Shown here in pieces: positions 16,403 through 25,391 of a DNA stretch of 32,000 nucleotides. Below the pieces are notes generated by a model. The model was not told where the DNA came from and ran no database searches. It worked only from the letters and a program-made list of their open reading frames with translations. How positions within the stretch are numbered: the stretch's first letter is position 1; every line of letters begins with the position of its first letter. The translations under genes and the position numbers were made by a program. The DNA comes from Candidatus Caldarchaeales archaeon (GTDB taxonomy: Archaea > Thermoproteota > Nitrososphaeria_A > Caldarchaeales > Calditenuaceae): the NCBI GenBank assembly GCA_039630085.1, contig JBCNVM010000010.1, forward strand, positions 17,090 to 49,089. Reading direction: 5' to 3'.

Positions 16403-16873
16403 TTGATCGGTGTGGGGTCCGGTTACCTCCACGTCTCGAGGAGGAGGGTGAGGTTCGCGGAGACCGACTGCACCACGAGGGTCTTCTTCCCGAGGTACGT
16501 CGAGTGGATCGACGACGCGGTTCAGGACTTCATGAGGGAGAGGGAGCTCGAGTTCGACGAGCGGGGCAACATGCTGGTCGGCGGCCGGGGCGTCGACTGG
16601 ACCATCGTGACCGGGGAGTACCACTGCAGGATGCTGAGGCCGCTCAAGATGAACGACGTCCTCGAGGTCGGGATAAGGCTCGAGAGGATCGGGAGGAGGT
16701 CGGTCACCTTCAGGGGAGAGGTCCTTAGGGACGGGGAGCTGGTCGCGGTCGGCTCGATAACGTACGTCTGCGTCGACCCGAGGGAGATGAAGTCCAGGGA
16801 CCTGCCGAAGGAGCTCGTTGTGGCCCTCGGCGGAGGGGGTCAGAGTGAGCTGGGAACGTCATCGAACGTCTGA
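16403..16873 (+). CDS. Hotdog-fold acyl-CoA thioesterase (4HBT/YbgC-like)
   Basis: 156 aa. VRFAETDCTTRVFFPRYVEWIDDAVQDFMRE matches the YbgC-type N-terminal catalytic region. An in-frame GTG at 16412 is an alternative start. Confidence 0.7.
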   Translation: MIGVGSGYLHVSRRRVRFAETDCTTRVFFPRYVEWIDDAVQDFMRERELEFDERGNMLVGGRGVDWTIVTGEYHCRMLRPLKMNDVLEVGIRLERIGRRSVTFRGEVLRDGELVAVGSITYVCVDPREMKSRDLPKELVVALGGGGQSELGTSSNV

Positions 16874-16973
16874 TACTGCAGCTCTCCTCATCCCCGCCGG
16901 GAGGGGGCCGGCCCCGCTATTAGGGGTTCCGCGGGCGCACGGTTAATTTCCTCTCCGGAGGGCGGACGCGGGG

Positions 16974-18596
16974 ATGCGGGGAGAGTCGGCGCAGAGGAGG
17001 GCTATAGGGAGGGGCACGTGGATGGACATGGTCGCCCACAGGCTGGTCCAGAGGGAGCGGGAGCTCGGGAGGAGCCTGGAGCTGATCAGGACCGAGAGCG
17101 GGTTCGGGGCCAGCGGCATCCCCCACATCGGAAGCATGGCCGACGCGGTCAGGGCGTACGCGGTGACCCTGGCCCTAAGGGACATGGGGTACAGGTCGGA
17201 GCTGATCGTCTTCTGCGACGACATGGACGGCCTCAGGAAGGTCCCCGCGAACCTCCCCTCCTGGCTCAACGAGCACCTGCTCAGGCCGGTCTCCGCCGTG
17301 CCGGACCCGTTCGGGAGCTTCGGGTCCTTCGCGGAGAGGATGGGCGCGATGCTCCGGGAGGCCCTCGACGAGGCCGGGCTCGAGTACAGGTTCATGTCGG
17401 GCAGGGAGGCGTACAGGACCGGGCTGCTGAGGGAGCAGGTCAGGAAGGTCCTCTCGGAATGGCGGAGGGTCGGAGAGGTCATCAGGGAGATGACCGGTCA
17501 GGAGAAGTTCACCAGGGTACTGCCGTACTTCCCGGTCTGCAGGGGCTGCGGCAGGATCTACACCGCCGAGGCCTACGAGTTCGACGCGGGGCGCGGCGCG
17601 GTGAGGTACAAGTGCGTCGGGGTGCAGCTGAAGTCCGGGTGGTTCGCCGGCTGCGGGCACGAGGGCGAGGCCCGGATCGACACCGACGACGGCAAGCTGG
17701 CCTGGAAGGCCGAGTTCGCGGCCAGGTGGGCGGCCCTCGACGTCAGGTTCGAGGCCTACGGGAAGGACATCGCGGACTCCGTGAAGGTGAACGACTGGGT
17801 CTCGGAGAACGTCCTCGGCCACCCGCATCCCTACCACGTGAGGTACGAGATGTTCCTCGACGCGGTCGGCAGGAAGATCTCCAAGTCGACCGGGAACGTC
17901 TTCACGCCGCAGATGTGGTACAGGTACGCCTCGCCCCCGAGCCTCACGCTCTACCTTCTCAAGAGGTCCGTGGGAACTAGGAGGATCTCGCCTTCTACTA
18001 TCATCAGGATGATGGACGAGCTCGACAAGCTGGAGGAGCTCTACTTCAGGACCAAGGGAGCGACGGACTTCAGGACGGTCAGGCTGAGGGGCCTCTACGA
18101 GCACGCCCACTTGCTAAGGCCGAGGAGCAGGCCCTCGGTCAGGGTGCCGTACAGGCTGCTGGTGGACCTCGTTTCGGTCGCTCCACCCGAGAGGAGGGAG
18201 GAGTTCGTGCTGGAGAGGCTGAGGAGGTACGGCTACGATGTCGGATCCGAGGAGGTCCGGAGGAGGATCTTGTACGCGGTGAACTACGTCGACGACTTCG
18301 GGGTCGCCGCGAGGCCCTCCAAGGTCGAGGTGCCGGAAGAGGTCATGGCCGTGATCAGGGAGGTCGCGGAGGCGGTGAGGAGGGGAGCCGGGCCGGAGGA
18401 GATACAGGGCGAGGTCTTCAACAGGTCGAGGGCTAGGGGTGTCGACCCCGCGGAGACCTTCAGGCACTTCTACAGGGTCCTGCTGAACAGGGACAGCGGC
18501 CCCCGGCTCGGCCCATACCTCTACGACCTCGGGCCGGAGAAGCTGGACGAGATCCTCTCGCGGTACGTCCGCGCCGCGGGCCAAGGAGACGGCTGA
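16974..18596 (+). CDS. lysS: Lysine--tRNA ligase, class I
   Basis: 540 aa with the HIGH-type motif SGIPHIGSMADAVRA, the KMSKS-type KISKSTGN and a Zn-type Cys cluster CRGCGRIY...CVG...CGHEG. The start may be an internal ATG (MDMVAH) at about 17022. Confidence 0.9.
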   Translation: MRGESAQRRAIGRGTWMDMVAHRLVQRERELGRSLELIRTESGFGASGIPHIGSMADAVRAYAVTLALRDMGYRSELIVFCDDMDGLRKVPANLPSWLNEHLLRPVSAVPDPFGSFGSFAERMGAMLREALDEAGLEYRFMSGREAYRTGLLREQVRKVLSEWRRVGEVIREMTGQEKFTRVLPYFPVCRGCGRIYTAEAYEFDAGRGAVRYKCVGVQLKSGWFAGCGHEGEARIDTDDGKLAWKAEFAARWAALDVRFEAYGKDIADSVKVNDWVSENVLGHPHPYHVRYEMFLDAVGRKISKSTGNVFTPQMWYRYASPPSLTLYLLKRSVGTRRISPSTIIRMMDELDKLEELYFRTKGATDFRTVRLRGLYEHAHLLRPRSRPSVRVPYRLLVDLVSVAPPERREEFVLERLRRYGYDVGSEEVRRRILYAVNYVDDFGVAARPSKVEVPEEVMAVIREVAEAVRRGAGPEEIQGEVFNRSRARGVDPAETFRHFYRVLLNRDSGPRLGPYLYDLGPEKLDEILSRYVRAAGQGDG

Positions 18597-18669
18597 CTCA
18601 CCGTTCGGGAATCCGGCCGGGAGCCGCGGGACAAGGGAAATAACTCGGCCCTGCCTTGATCCGGGTGGC

Positions 18670-19209
18670 ATGGGTTCGACCGCTGTCCCCGCGGCCGTCG
18701 GATCCCTCCTCGGGGCCGCGTACTTCGTCGCGTTCTCGGCGTTCTCCGGGGCCGCGGCCCTCTGGACCGTCCCTAGGATAGGGATCTCGGGGATCGTGGT
18801 GACCCCTGCCTTCATCGAGTCGCAGGCCTACACCGGCCCGGCGATCCAGCTGATCGGCGACGGTTTCGTCGTGACGCTGAAGCTCTACGCGGTGCTCCTC
18901 GGGGCCCTCCTCTCCTTCCTCCTAGCGCTCAACGCGTTCTACCTCCTCAAGCTCCACCAGCAGGGCAGGCTCAGGACCTGCCTCGTCGTAGGCGGGGGGT
19001 CGGCGATCGGCGCGTTCATCGGGACCCTCGCCTCGACCTTCTACCTCTGCTGCGGCTGGGCCCCGTCCCTGATCCTGGCCCTGATGGGGATAGGCGTCGC
19101 GAGCACGCTGGGCATGATCCCGGGCTACATAGGTGCCGCGCTCTTGGCCTTCAACGCCTACGTGCTGAGAATGAGGGCGAAGGCGCCGGTCGCGGCCCTC
19201 AGGAGGTAG
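18670..19209 (+). CDS. Polytopic membrane protein, hypothetical (contains a CCG motif in a TM segment)
   Basis: 179 aa with 4-5 hydrophobic segments and an intramembrane YLCCGWAPS motif. No family recognised. Confidence 0.55.
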   Translation: MGSTAVPAAVGSLLGAAYFVAFSAFSGAAALWTVPRIGISGIVVTPAFIESQAYTGPAIQLIGDGFVVTLKLYAVLLGALLSFLLALNAFYLLKLHQQGRLRTCLVVGGGSAIGAFIGTLASTFYLCCGWAPSLILALMGIGVASTLGMIPGYIGAALLAFNAYVLRMRAKAPVAALRR

Positions 19210-19861
19210 CGGTGACGTTCAGCCTCCGGAGGATCTCCCTGACCAGATCCATCGGCACCGACTCGACCGTCACGGATCCCCTCATCCACGGGTGCGGGAC
19301 GCAATGGTAGGTGTAGACGCCCTCCTTTGCGAAGGAGTAGACGTACCTCTCGCCCTTCCCGAAGAGCCCGGAGTCGAAGAGGCCTCCGTCGTGGGTGACC
19401 GTGTGCGCGACGTCGAGCTCCTCGTCGTTGGTCCAGACCACGGTGTGGTTGACGAAGAGGACGACCCTGATGTCCTTGGGCACGTAGTTCTCCGGCTGCC
19501 TCGGGTCCCAAGATCCGGGGATTATCGAGACGAGGACCTTGATCGGCGACTCGCCGATGGTCGGACCCGCGACGTAGAAAAGCTTGAAGGGTCCATAGCC
19601 GACTACCGCGGCCGTCGAGAGGCCCGCGCTGACCGCGAAGACCGCAAGTCCAATGACCATCGCCTGCTTCACCGTAACGCTCGGAGGCCCTCCCCTCAGG
19701 AGGCCACCGGGGAGCATCAGCACGCCCATCAGGAGGAGGAGCGCCGAGACCGCGTTCATCCCGTGCTCGAAGGTCTTGGAGACGCCGGAGTACGTGAGGA
19801 AGATCCCCGCGGCCCCCGTGACGATCAGCAGCAGCGAGATCCACGTGATCGTCTTGTCCAC
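19199..19861 (-). CDS. Membrane-anchored type-1 blue copper protein (cupredoxin, plastocyanin/sulfocyanin-like)
   Basis: 220 aa. Three N-terminal TM helices, then a cupredoxin domain with ligand pattern AHTVTH...YHCVPHPWMRG (His, Cys, His, Met). GTG start with TTAAATAAT about 25 nt upstream. Confidence 0.8.
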   Translation of the reverse strand: MDKTITWISLLLIVTGAAGIFLTYSGVSKTFEHGMNAVSALLLLMGVLMLPGGLLRGGPPSVTVKQAMVIGLAVFAVSAGLSTAAVVGYGPFKLFYVAGPTIGESPIKVLVSIIPGSWDPRQPENYVPKDIRVVLFVNHTVVWTNDEELDVAHTVTHDGGLFDSGLFGKGERYVYSFAKEGVYTYHCVPHPWMRGSVTVESVPMDLVREILRRLNVTATS

Positions 19862-19935
19862 GTCGAAGGGTGCGCCGAGGCATTATTTAACGGATGACCG
19901 GGCGCTCAGTTCTAGGCGCGGTCTGAGCCGCAGCG

Positions 19936-20382
19936 CTAACGCCTGTCGGGAGTCGGGGACTGCACGGACCTCAGCACGATGCAGGTGTTGGTGCTCCTGA
20001 TCCCCTTGATCCTCCTGATGCTGTCGATGCACCTGTTCAGCGACGCCATGTCCCTCGCGAGGATGATCGCGACCGCGTCGAAGTTCCCGGTCACCTCGTG
20101 GACCTCCAGCACGCCATCGAGCTTCGAGAGGGTCTCCGCGACCGCGGGCGTCGGAGTTCCGGGGTCGACGTTGATCATCGTGATCGCCTTGACCATCGAC
20201 TTGTCGTCGACGATCGCCGTGAACCTCAGGAGGCCCAGCTCCCTCAGCCTCTTCACCCTCTTCCTGACCGCGCCCTCCGACAGCCCGACGAGCTCCCCCA
20301 GCCTCTTGTACGGCATCCTCGCGTCCCTGACGAGGTACTCGACCAGCCTCCTGTCCTTCTCGTCCATCGTCCTGACGGACAT
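19936..20382 (-). CDS. Lrp/AsnC-family transcriptional regulator (HTH + RAM)
   Basis: DEKDRRLVEYLVRDARMPYKRLGELVGLSEGAVRKRVKRLRELGLL (HTH) followed by a RAM domain. Start taken at ATG 20382 from the TATA spacing. 20400 and 20367 are alternatives. Confidence 0.85.
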   Translation of the reverse strand: MSVRTMDEKDRRLVEYLVRDARMPYKRLGELVGLSEGAVRKRVKRLRELGLLRFTAIVDDKSMVKAITMINVDPGTPTPAVAETLSKLDGVLEVHEVTGNFDAVAIILARDMASLNRCIDSIRRIKGIRSTNTCIVLRSVQSPTPDRR

Positions 20383-20409
20383 CGTAATTGCGGTGCACAT
20401 TCTGCACGG

Positions 20410-20428
20410 GGGATAAATATATTTTCAC
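20410..20428 (-). promoter_or_regulatory. AT-rich TATA region for the Lrp gene
   Basis: GGGATAAATATATTTTCAC is the only AT-rich block in the 20401-20566 divergent spacer. Confidence 0.4.
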
Positions 20429-20533
20429 AACAAACCAGAGTTGGGCTGCGCATAGCGGAACCGCTACGTCGAGAACTGGAGCCGGCCCGCCGGGAGTAAA
20501 CGGTCGGGCGGCGGAGCGAGGCGGCTGCACAGG

Positions 20534-20541
20534 ATTAAATA
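20534..20541 (+). promoter_or_regulatory. TATA-like box for the moeB-like gene (apparently leaderless)
   Basis: ATTAAATA is centred about 29 nt upstream of GTG 20567. Confidence 0.45.
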
Positions 20542-20566
20542 CGGAGGGCCTTCGGGGAGCGGCGAG

Positions 20567-21754
20567 GTGGTCGAGCTAGCGTCGATAGAGCCCGTCGTGA
20601 AGGGATGGGAGGAGGTCGCGCTGAGCTTCCCGGAGATCAGGAGGTACGGGAGGCACCTGATCATGCCGGAAGTCGGGATGAAGGGGCAGAGGAAACTGAA
20701 GGCCGCGAGGGTCCTTGTGGTGGGAGCCGGAGGGCTCGGGTCTCCGGTTGCGCTTTACCTCGCGGCCGCGGGCGTCGGGAGGGTCGGGATCGTGGACTTC
20801 GACGCGGTCGACGAGACCAACCTCCAGCGCCAGGTCCTCTTCACCACCGAGGAGGTCGGGAGGCCGAAGGTCGAGGCCGCCAGGGAGAGGCTGGAGAGGC
20901 TCAACCCGTACGTCGAGGTGGTCTCGTATAACTCGACGATCGACTCCTCGAACGCCCTCGAGATCATCAGGGACTACGACGTCGTGGTCGACGCCACCGA
21001 CAACTTCCCGACGAGGTACCTCCTGAACGACGCCTGCGTCTTCCTCGGGAAGCCGCTGGTCTACGGGAGCATCTTCAGGTTCGACGGCCAGGTCTCGGTC
21101 TTCTACGCGGGTAAGGGACCGTGCTACAGGTGCCTCTACCCGGAGCCCCCTCCGCCGGGCCTCGTCCCCTCCTGCGCCGAAGGCGGAGTCCTCGGGGTGC
21201 TTCCGGGGATCATAGGCTCCCTCCAGGCCAACGAGGCCATCAAGCTGATCCTCGGGGTCGGGAGGCCGCTGATAGGGAAGCTCCTGCTGGTAGACGCGCT
21301 CTCGATGACCTTCAGGGAGCTCTCCTTCCAGAGGGACAGGAACTGCCCGGTCTGCGGCGACAACCCGACCATAAGGGAGCTGATCGACTACGAGGCCTTC
21401 TGCGGCGTCAGGGTCACGGGCGAGGAGCTGGTCTCGGGCTTCAGCGTCACGCCGGAACAGCTGAAGGAGATGCTCGAGAGGGGCGAGAGGGTCGAGCTGA
21501 TCGACGTCAGGGAACCCGTGGAGTGGGAGATCTGCCACATCCCGGGCGCGAGGCTGATACCTCTGGGCCAGCTCACCTCGAGGCTCCACGAGATCGACCA
21601 GACCAAAAGGATCGTGGTCTACTGCCACACGGGCCAGAGGAGCGCGCTCGCGGTCAAGCTGCTCAGGGACATCGGGATAGCCCGGGCTTGCAACCTCGCC
21701 GGAGGGATAGACGCCTACGCCGAGAGGATAGACCCCGGCATGCCCAGATACTGA
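20567..21754 (+). CDS. moeB: MoeB/ThiF/UbaA-type E1-like adenylyltransferase with C-terminal rhodanese domain
   Basis: 395 aa. RYGRHLIMPEVGMKGQRKLKAARVLVVGAGGLGSPVALYLAAAGVG (nucleotide-binding fold), two CxxC pairs (CYRC, CPVC), and a C-terminal rhodanese domain with catalytic loop VVYCHTGQRSA. Confidence 0.9.
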   Translation: MVELASIEPVVKGWEEVALSFPEIRRYGRHLIMPEVGMKGQRKLKAARVLVVGAGGLGSPVALYLAAAGVGRVGIVDFDAVDETNLQRQVLFTTEEVGRPKVEAARERLERLNPYVEVVSYNSTIDSSNALEIIRDYDVVVDATDNFPTRYLLNDACVFLGKPLVYGSIFRFDGQVSVFYAGKGPCYRCLYPEPPPPGLVPSCAEGGVLGVLPGIIGSLQANEAIKLILGVGRPLIGKLLLVDALSMTFRELSFQRDRNCPVCGDNPTIRELIDYEAFCGVRVTGEELVSGFSVTPEQLKEMLERGERVELIDVREPVEWEICHIPGARLIPLGQLTSRLHEIDQTKRIVVYCHTGQRSALAVKLLRDIGIARACNLAGGIDAYAERIDPGMPRY

Positions 21755-21851
21755 GCGGATACGATATTCCCGGAGTCTGACCGGCGTATTCCGTGCGCTA
21801 CCTCTTGTACCCGCTACGTCCGCATTTCTAGTAACTCAATCGGGAAAAGAG

Positions 21852-21861
21852 ATAACTATAG
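21852..21861 (+). promoter_or_regulatory. TATA-like box for the surface-protein gene
   Basis: ATAACTATAG is centred about 26 nt upstream of ATG 21882. Confidence 0.45.
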
Positions 21862-21881
21862 GGGCTCCAAACCTCAACGAC

Positions 21882-23573
21882 ATGAAGGGAAGCCTAGTCC
21901 TCCTGCTGGGGACGATGCTGGCGTTGACGGCGCTCGGTGTAGCGCACGCTGAGGTCGTTACGTTCAGGCAGAGCTTCGGCGGATCTGATCCGGAGCTTTT
22001 AGGCGGCATAGCGGTCGACGGGACCTACCTGTACGCTGTGGGGTCGACGCAGAGCTTCGGCCCCAATGCATGGAACTTCTTCCTCTCCGTCTTCAAGCTC
22101 TCAGACAACACATATCATTGCAGTTCAGCGGTCGACATCCAAGGCAGTCCGAGGGACCTCGCGAAGAAGGTCGTCGTCCACGCAGGCCAGGTCTATGTCG
22201 TCGGACAGACGTTCCATGGCATTAACCAACCGAACATCTTCATAGCGAAGATGGACTCTAACTGCAATCTAGCCGGACTGAAGGTCTACGACTTGGGCAC
22301 AGGGGACAGTGTTGAAGGACTGGCGATAAGCGGAGAAGGTAGCTTCATCTACATAGCCGGCGCAACACAGAATGCTGCGCTGCTCATGGCCGTAAGGACG
22401 TCTGACCTCTCCGCGACATGGATCAGGGAGTTCAAGGTTGTCGGGGGAGGAGACTTCGCACAGTCCGTAGCCTTTGATGGAGGAAAGCTGTACGTGACCG
22501 GTCATACTTCTAACGGCGACCTCTTTGTGTCACGCTTCGACATCAACGGCAACCACGAGGCAACTAGGACGTTCGCGACGCCGGACTTCGAAGGGGGGAG
22601 GGACATCGTGATATCAGGAAACAAGATCTACGTCTCAGGGACATATGCGCCCCCCGCTGGAACGAGGATGCTAATCATGAGGCTTGATCCGGGGACCCTC
22701 AACGTCGAGTGGGCTAAAGTGATCGATATGTCGCCGGGCGCGGTAGACACACGATCCGTCTCCGTTGCGGGAGGTCTCGTGTACTCTTTTGGAACAACGA
22801 CACTCTTCGGCACAGATGACGCCCTGATGGTCGCGCTCAAGGCCACCAGCACCGGCGACCTCGCCTTCATGTTTGTTGTCGCGAGGGATGCGTCTATTCA
22901 GAGGGCAATCGATTCGGCACCTTTGGGATCCTGTGTCGTCTTCGGCGGCGACACCAATGGCTGGCCGATTTATTACGCCGTACCGGACTTCACCGTCGGA
23001 TCGATAAGCTTCAGCATTTCGTCCCCGACCCTGTCGATCGCGGCTCCGTCGCCGGGCGACATCGCAGCAACTCCGGCGCTGATGCCGTTCACGCCGACCC
23101 TCAACAACCCGGGGACCGTGGATGCCTTCTACTCGAGGTTCTGTCCGGACGCGCTGACCGTCTCAACCACCGTCACCGTCACTTCTACTTCATCCACGAC
23201 GACGACCCTCTCCACTACCACAACCTCGGTGGTGAAGACGACGACCACCGCCTACGACATCAGGTTGACCACCATCACTCAGACAGAGAGGACGACGCTT
23301 ACCGGGACCACCAGCGTCACGACCACCCTCACGGCCCTTACCACCACGACAAGAACGGAGTCGACGACCCTGACGCTTCAGACCACTCAAACTCTTCAGA
23401 CCACGCAGACTTTCCAGACCACTCAGACGTTTCAGACCACCCAGACCTTCACCACTACTCAGGTCTTCGCGGAGCCGATCACGACATACATCATACCCGC
23501 GCTCCTCGCGGTGATAGCTGCCCTCCTCGGCGCGGCGATCGTGGTGGGCAGGAGGAGACGGTACCCGTTCTGA
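21882..23573 (+). CDS. Secreted/surface protein: signal peptide, SBBP-type beta-propeller repeats, Thr-rich stalk, C-terminal TM anchor
   Basis: 563 aa. N-terminal signal-like MKGSLVLLLGTMLALTALGVAHA. At least six repeats of the type D/G-x-YV-x-G-x-T (LYAVGSTQSFG, VYVVGQTFHG, IYIAGATQN, LYVTGHTSNG, IYVSGTYAP, VYSFGTTTLFG). About 100 aa of T/S-rich sequence. A C-terminal hydrophobic helix plus GRRRRYPF. G+C is noticeably lower than in neighbouring genes. Confidence 0.8.
   Translation: MKGSLVLLLGTMLALTALGVAHAEVVTFRQSFGGSDPELLGGIAVDGTYLYAVGSTQSFGPNAWNFFLSVFKLSDNTYHCSSAVDIQGSPRDLAKKVVVHAGQVYVVGQTFHGINQPNIFIAKMDSNCNLAGLKVYDLGTGDSVEGLAISGEGSFIYIAGATQNAALLMAVRTSDLSATWIREFKVVGGGDFAQSVAFDGGKLYVTGHTSNGDLFVSRFDINGNHEATRTFATPDFEGGRDIVISGNKIYVSGTYAPPAGTRMLIMRLDPGTLNVEWAKVIDMSPGAVDTRSVSVAGGLVYSFGTTTLFGTDDALMVALKATSTGDLAFMFVVARDASIQRAIDSAPLGSCVVFGGDTNGWPIYYAVPDFTVGSISFSISSPTLSIAAPSPGDIAATPALMPFTPTLNNPGTVDAFYSRFCPDALTVSTTVTVTSTSSTTTTLSTTTTSVVKTTTTAYDIRLTTITQTERTTLTGTTSVTTTLTALTTTTRTESTTLTLQTTQTLQTTQTFQTTQTFQTTQTFTTTQVFAEPITTYIIPALLAVIAALLGAAIVVGRRRRYPF
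23376..23465 (+). repeat. Five tandem 18-nt units encoding (L/F)QTTQT inside the surface-protein gene
   Basis: Units: cttcagaccactcaaact / cttcagaccacgcagact / ttccagaccactcagacg / tttcagaccacccagacc / ttcaccactactcaggtc. Differences among the first four units are mostly at third codon positions. Confidence 0.85.
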
Positions 23574-23598
23574 GGCCTACCGCCTAGCCAAGATCTTT

Positions 23599-24282
23599 TC
23601 ACTCTATCAGCGGCAGCACCTCTCCGACCACGTAGTCGAGGAAGTCGGACTCGGAGATCCTGCTGAAGGCGGTCACGACGCAGTTCCTGGTGAGCCCGTA
23701 GATCCTCCCGCCCTCTTTCGTGGCGTAGACGATGTACCAGATCTTCCCGTGCCTGAGGGCCTCGTCGTACATCGAGGTGTCCATCAGCGATGGCCCCGCG
23801 AGGGCCAGCTTGTCGACCCCGGGGTAGTCCACCTGGTCGAACCAGATCAGCCTCGTCGACTCGGGGTTCCGGTTGTGGAGCTCCACCAGCCTCTCGTGGG
23901 GGATCCTCGCCTCGACGATCGACCTGAAGTCGAGGAAGAGGGCGTGACTCAGGGTGGTCGCGACGTAGTTGGCGAAGTGCTTCTCCTGCATCACCACGAG
24001 CAGCAGCTTATCCCCCCTGTCCCTGAACTCTATGTACGCGTCGACCGTCTTCACCACCGGGACCGCCTTCCCCCTCTGCCGGACCCTGATCAGTTTGTCC
24101 CTGCTGAAGACCCCCGAGACCCTGTCCCTCTCGCCCCTGACGTCGTGGACATCCGTCACCAGCTCGACCTCGGTGTCGTCCTCCTTCGCGACCTCGACGC
24201 TCCTGAAGTCCTTCAGCTTCTGGGCTATCGCGCCGAGGCTCGACTTGGCCCTGACGTCAAAAATCTTCGCGGTCAGCACCAT
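23599..24282 (-). CDS. Hypothetical protein (227 aa), no family recognised
   Basis: Clean 227-aa ORF with native codon usage and mixed alpha/beta-like composition. It is the last gene of a same-strand cluster with the carbamoyltransferase (47-nt gap). Confidence 0.65.
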   Translation of the reverse strand: MVLTAKIFDVRAKSSLGAIAQKLKDFRSVEVAKEDDTEVELVTDVHDVRGERDRVSGVFSRDKLIRVRQRGKAVPVVKTVDAYIEFRDRGDKLLLVVMQEKHFANYVATTLSHALFLDFRSIVEARIPHERLVELHNRNPESTRLIWFDQVDYPGVDKLALAGPSLMDTSMYDEALRHGKIWYIVYATKEGGRIYGLTRNCVVTAFSRISESDFLDYVVGEVLPLIE

Positions 24283-24329
24283 TTCACGGGAAGTCCTTCG
24301 GGCCCGGAGATAACGGAATCGCCGGACCC

Positions 24330-25349
24330 TCAGGGCCCGGTGCCGGCGGTCAGGGCGAGGATGGCGGCCCTCACGTAGAGAAGGTTCTCGGCCTGGTCGT
24401 AGATGACGCTCCTGGGGCCGTCCATGACCTCGTCGTCGGCCTCCTGGCCCCTGAAGACCGGGAGGACGTGGGTCACGATGCCGTGCCTGTCCATCAGGTC
24501 GGCGAGCTCCCTCGTCAGCCTCCAGTCTTGGTGCCTCCTGTGGAGCTCCAGCTCCCTCTCCCTCCCGAACCTGTTCAGGCCCTCGAGGACGCAGGCGTGG
24601 CTCGCCCAGCTCCTCGGGAAGACGACGTGGGCCCCCCTCAGCGCCTCCCTGGGGTCGTGGGAGACCTCTAGGGAGCCGTCGGAGTCCCTGGCGTTCTGCT
24701 CCGCGACCCTCACCAGCCTCTCATCGAGGTCGAAGCCGGGCGGGTAGCAGAGGACCACGTCCATCCCGTAGCGGGTCGCGAGGAGCATCTCGTCCTGGAC
24801 GCTCCCCCAGCTCCTTATCCGATCGCTGTAGGCCCACATGATGACGTACCTCTTACCCTCCGGCCTCCAGTTGAACCTCTCCGAGATCGTGTAGAGGTCG
24901 GCGATCGCCTGAGAGGGGTGGAACATGTCGTCGGCCATGTTGACGACCGGAATCCTCGCGTGCTCCGCGTACTCCCTCACCACCGCGTTCCCCCTTCCGT
25001 AGACGTAGTCGACCGCGGACTCCAGTATCCTCACTCCCAGGGCGTGCCCGAACCTCTCGTACATCCTCGCCATGTCCTTGACAGACTCGCCCTCCGCGCC
25101 CCTCGTGGTCGCGAAGTCGATGAACTGCGCGTGCCCTCCCAGCATCGTAGCCGCGGCCTCGAAGCTCGCCCTCGTCCTGGTGGAGGTGTTGTAGAAGATC
25201 ATGAAGAAGGTCCTGTTCTTGAAGAGCTCGGGGACGCTGCCGGCGTACCTCATCACCTTGAGCTGCCTCGCGAGGTCCATGACGGCGCCGATCTCCTCCA
25301 GGGACCAGTCCTGGCTCGAGATCAGGTCCTTGCCCTTGACCTCGATCAT
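24330..25349 (-). CDS. ATCase/OTCase-family carbamoyltransferase, YgeW-like (knotted type)
   Basis: 339 aa with the carbamoyl-phosphate motifs FYNTSTRTRASFE and HPSQAIADL. The second half resembles E. coli YgeW as I remember it (IMWAYSDR...RYGMDVVLCYPPGFDL, FPRSWAS, HQDWRLTRE). It has HVLPV where classical OTCs have HCLP, and no DxxxSMG motif. Confidence 0.8.
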   Translation of the reverse strand: MIEVKGKDLISSQDWSLEEIGAVMDLARQLKVMRYAGSVPELFKNRTFFMIFYNTSTRTRASFEAAATMLGGHAQFIDFATTRGAEGESVKDMARMYERFGHALGVRILESAVDYVYGRGNAVVREYAEHARIPVVNMADDMFHPSQAIADLYTISERFNWRPEGKRYVIMWAYSDRIRSWGSVQDEMLLATRYGMDVVLCYPPGFDLDERLVRVAEQNARDSDGSLEVSHDPREALRGAHVVFPRSWASHACVLEGLNRFGRERELELHRRHQDWRLTRELADLMDRHGIVTHVLPVFRGQEADDEVMDGPRSVIYDQAENLLYVRAAILALTAGTGP

Positions 25350-25391
25350 CAGTGCTCCTTGTCCCGTCCCGCCAATAAACCGTAGCCGGGC

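Noticed and set aside
20461-21820. An exact 10-nt direct repeat CCGCTACGTC flanks the moeB-like gene (20461-20470 and 21811-21820).
   Set aside because: Many 10-mer coincidences are expected in 32 kb. There is no extended similarity beyond the 10 nt, no composition change and no mobility genes.
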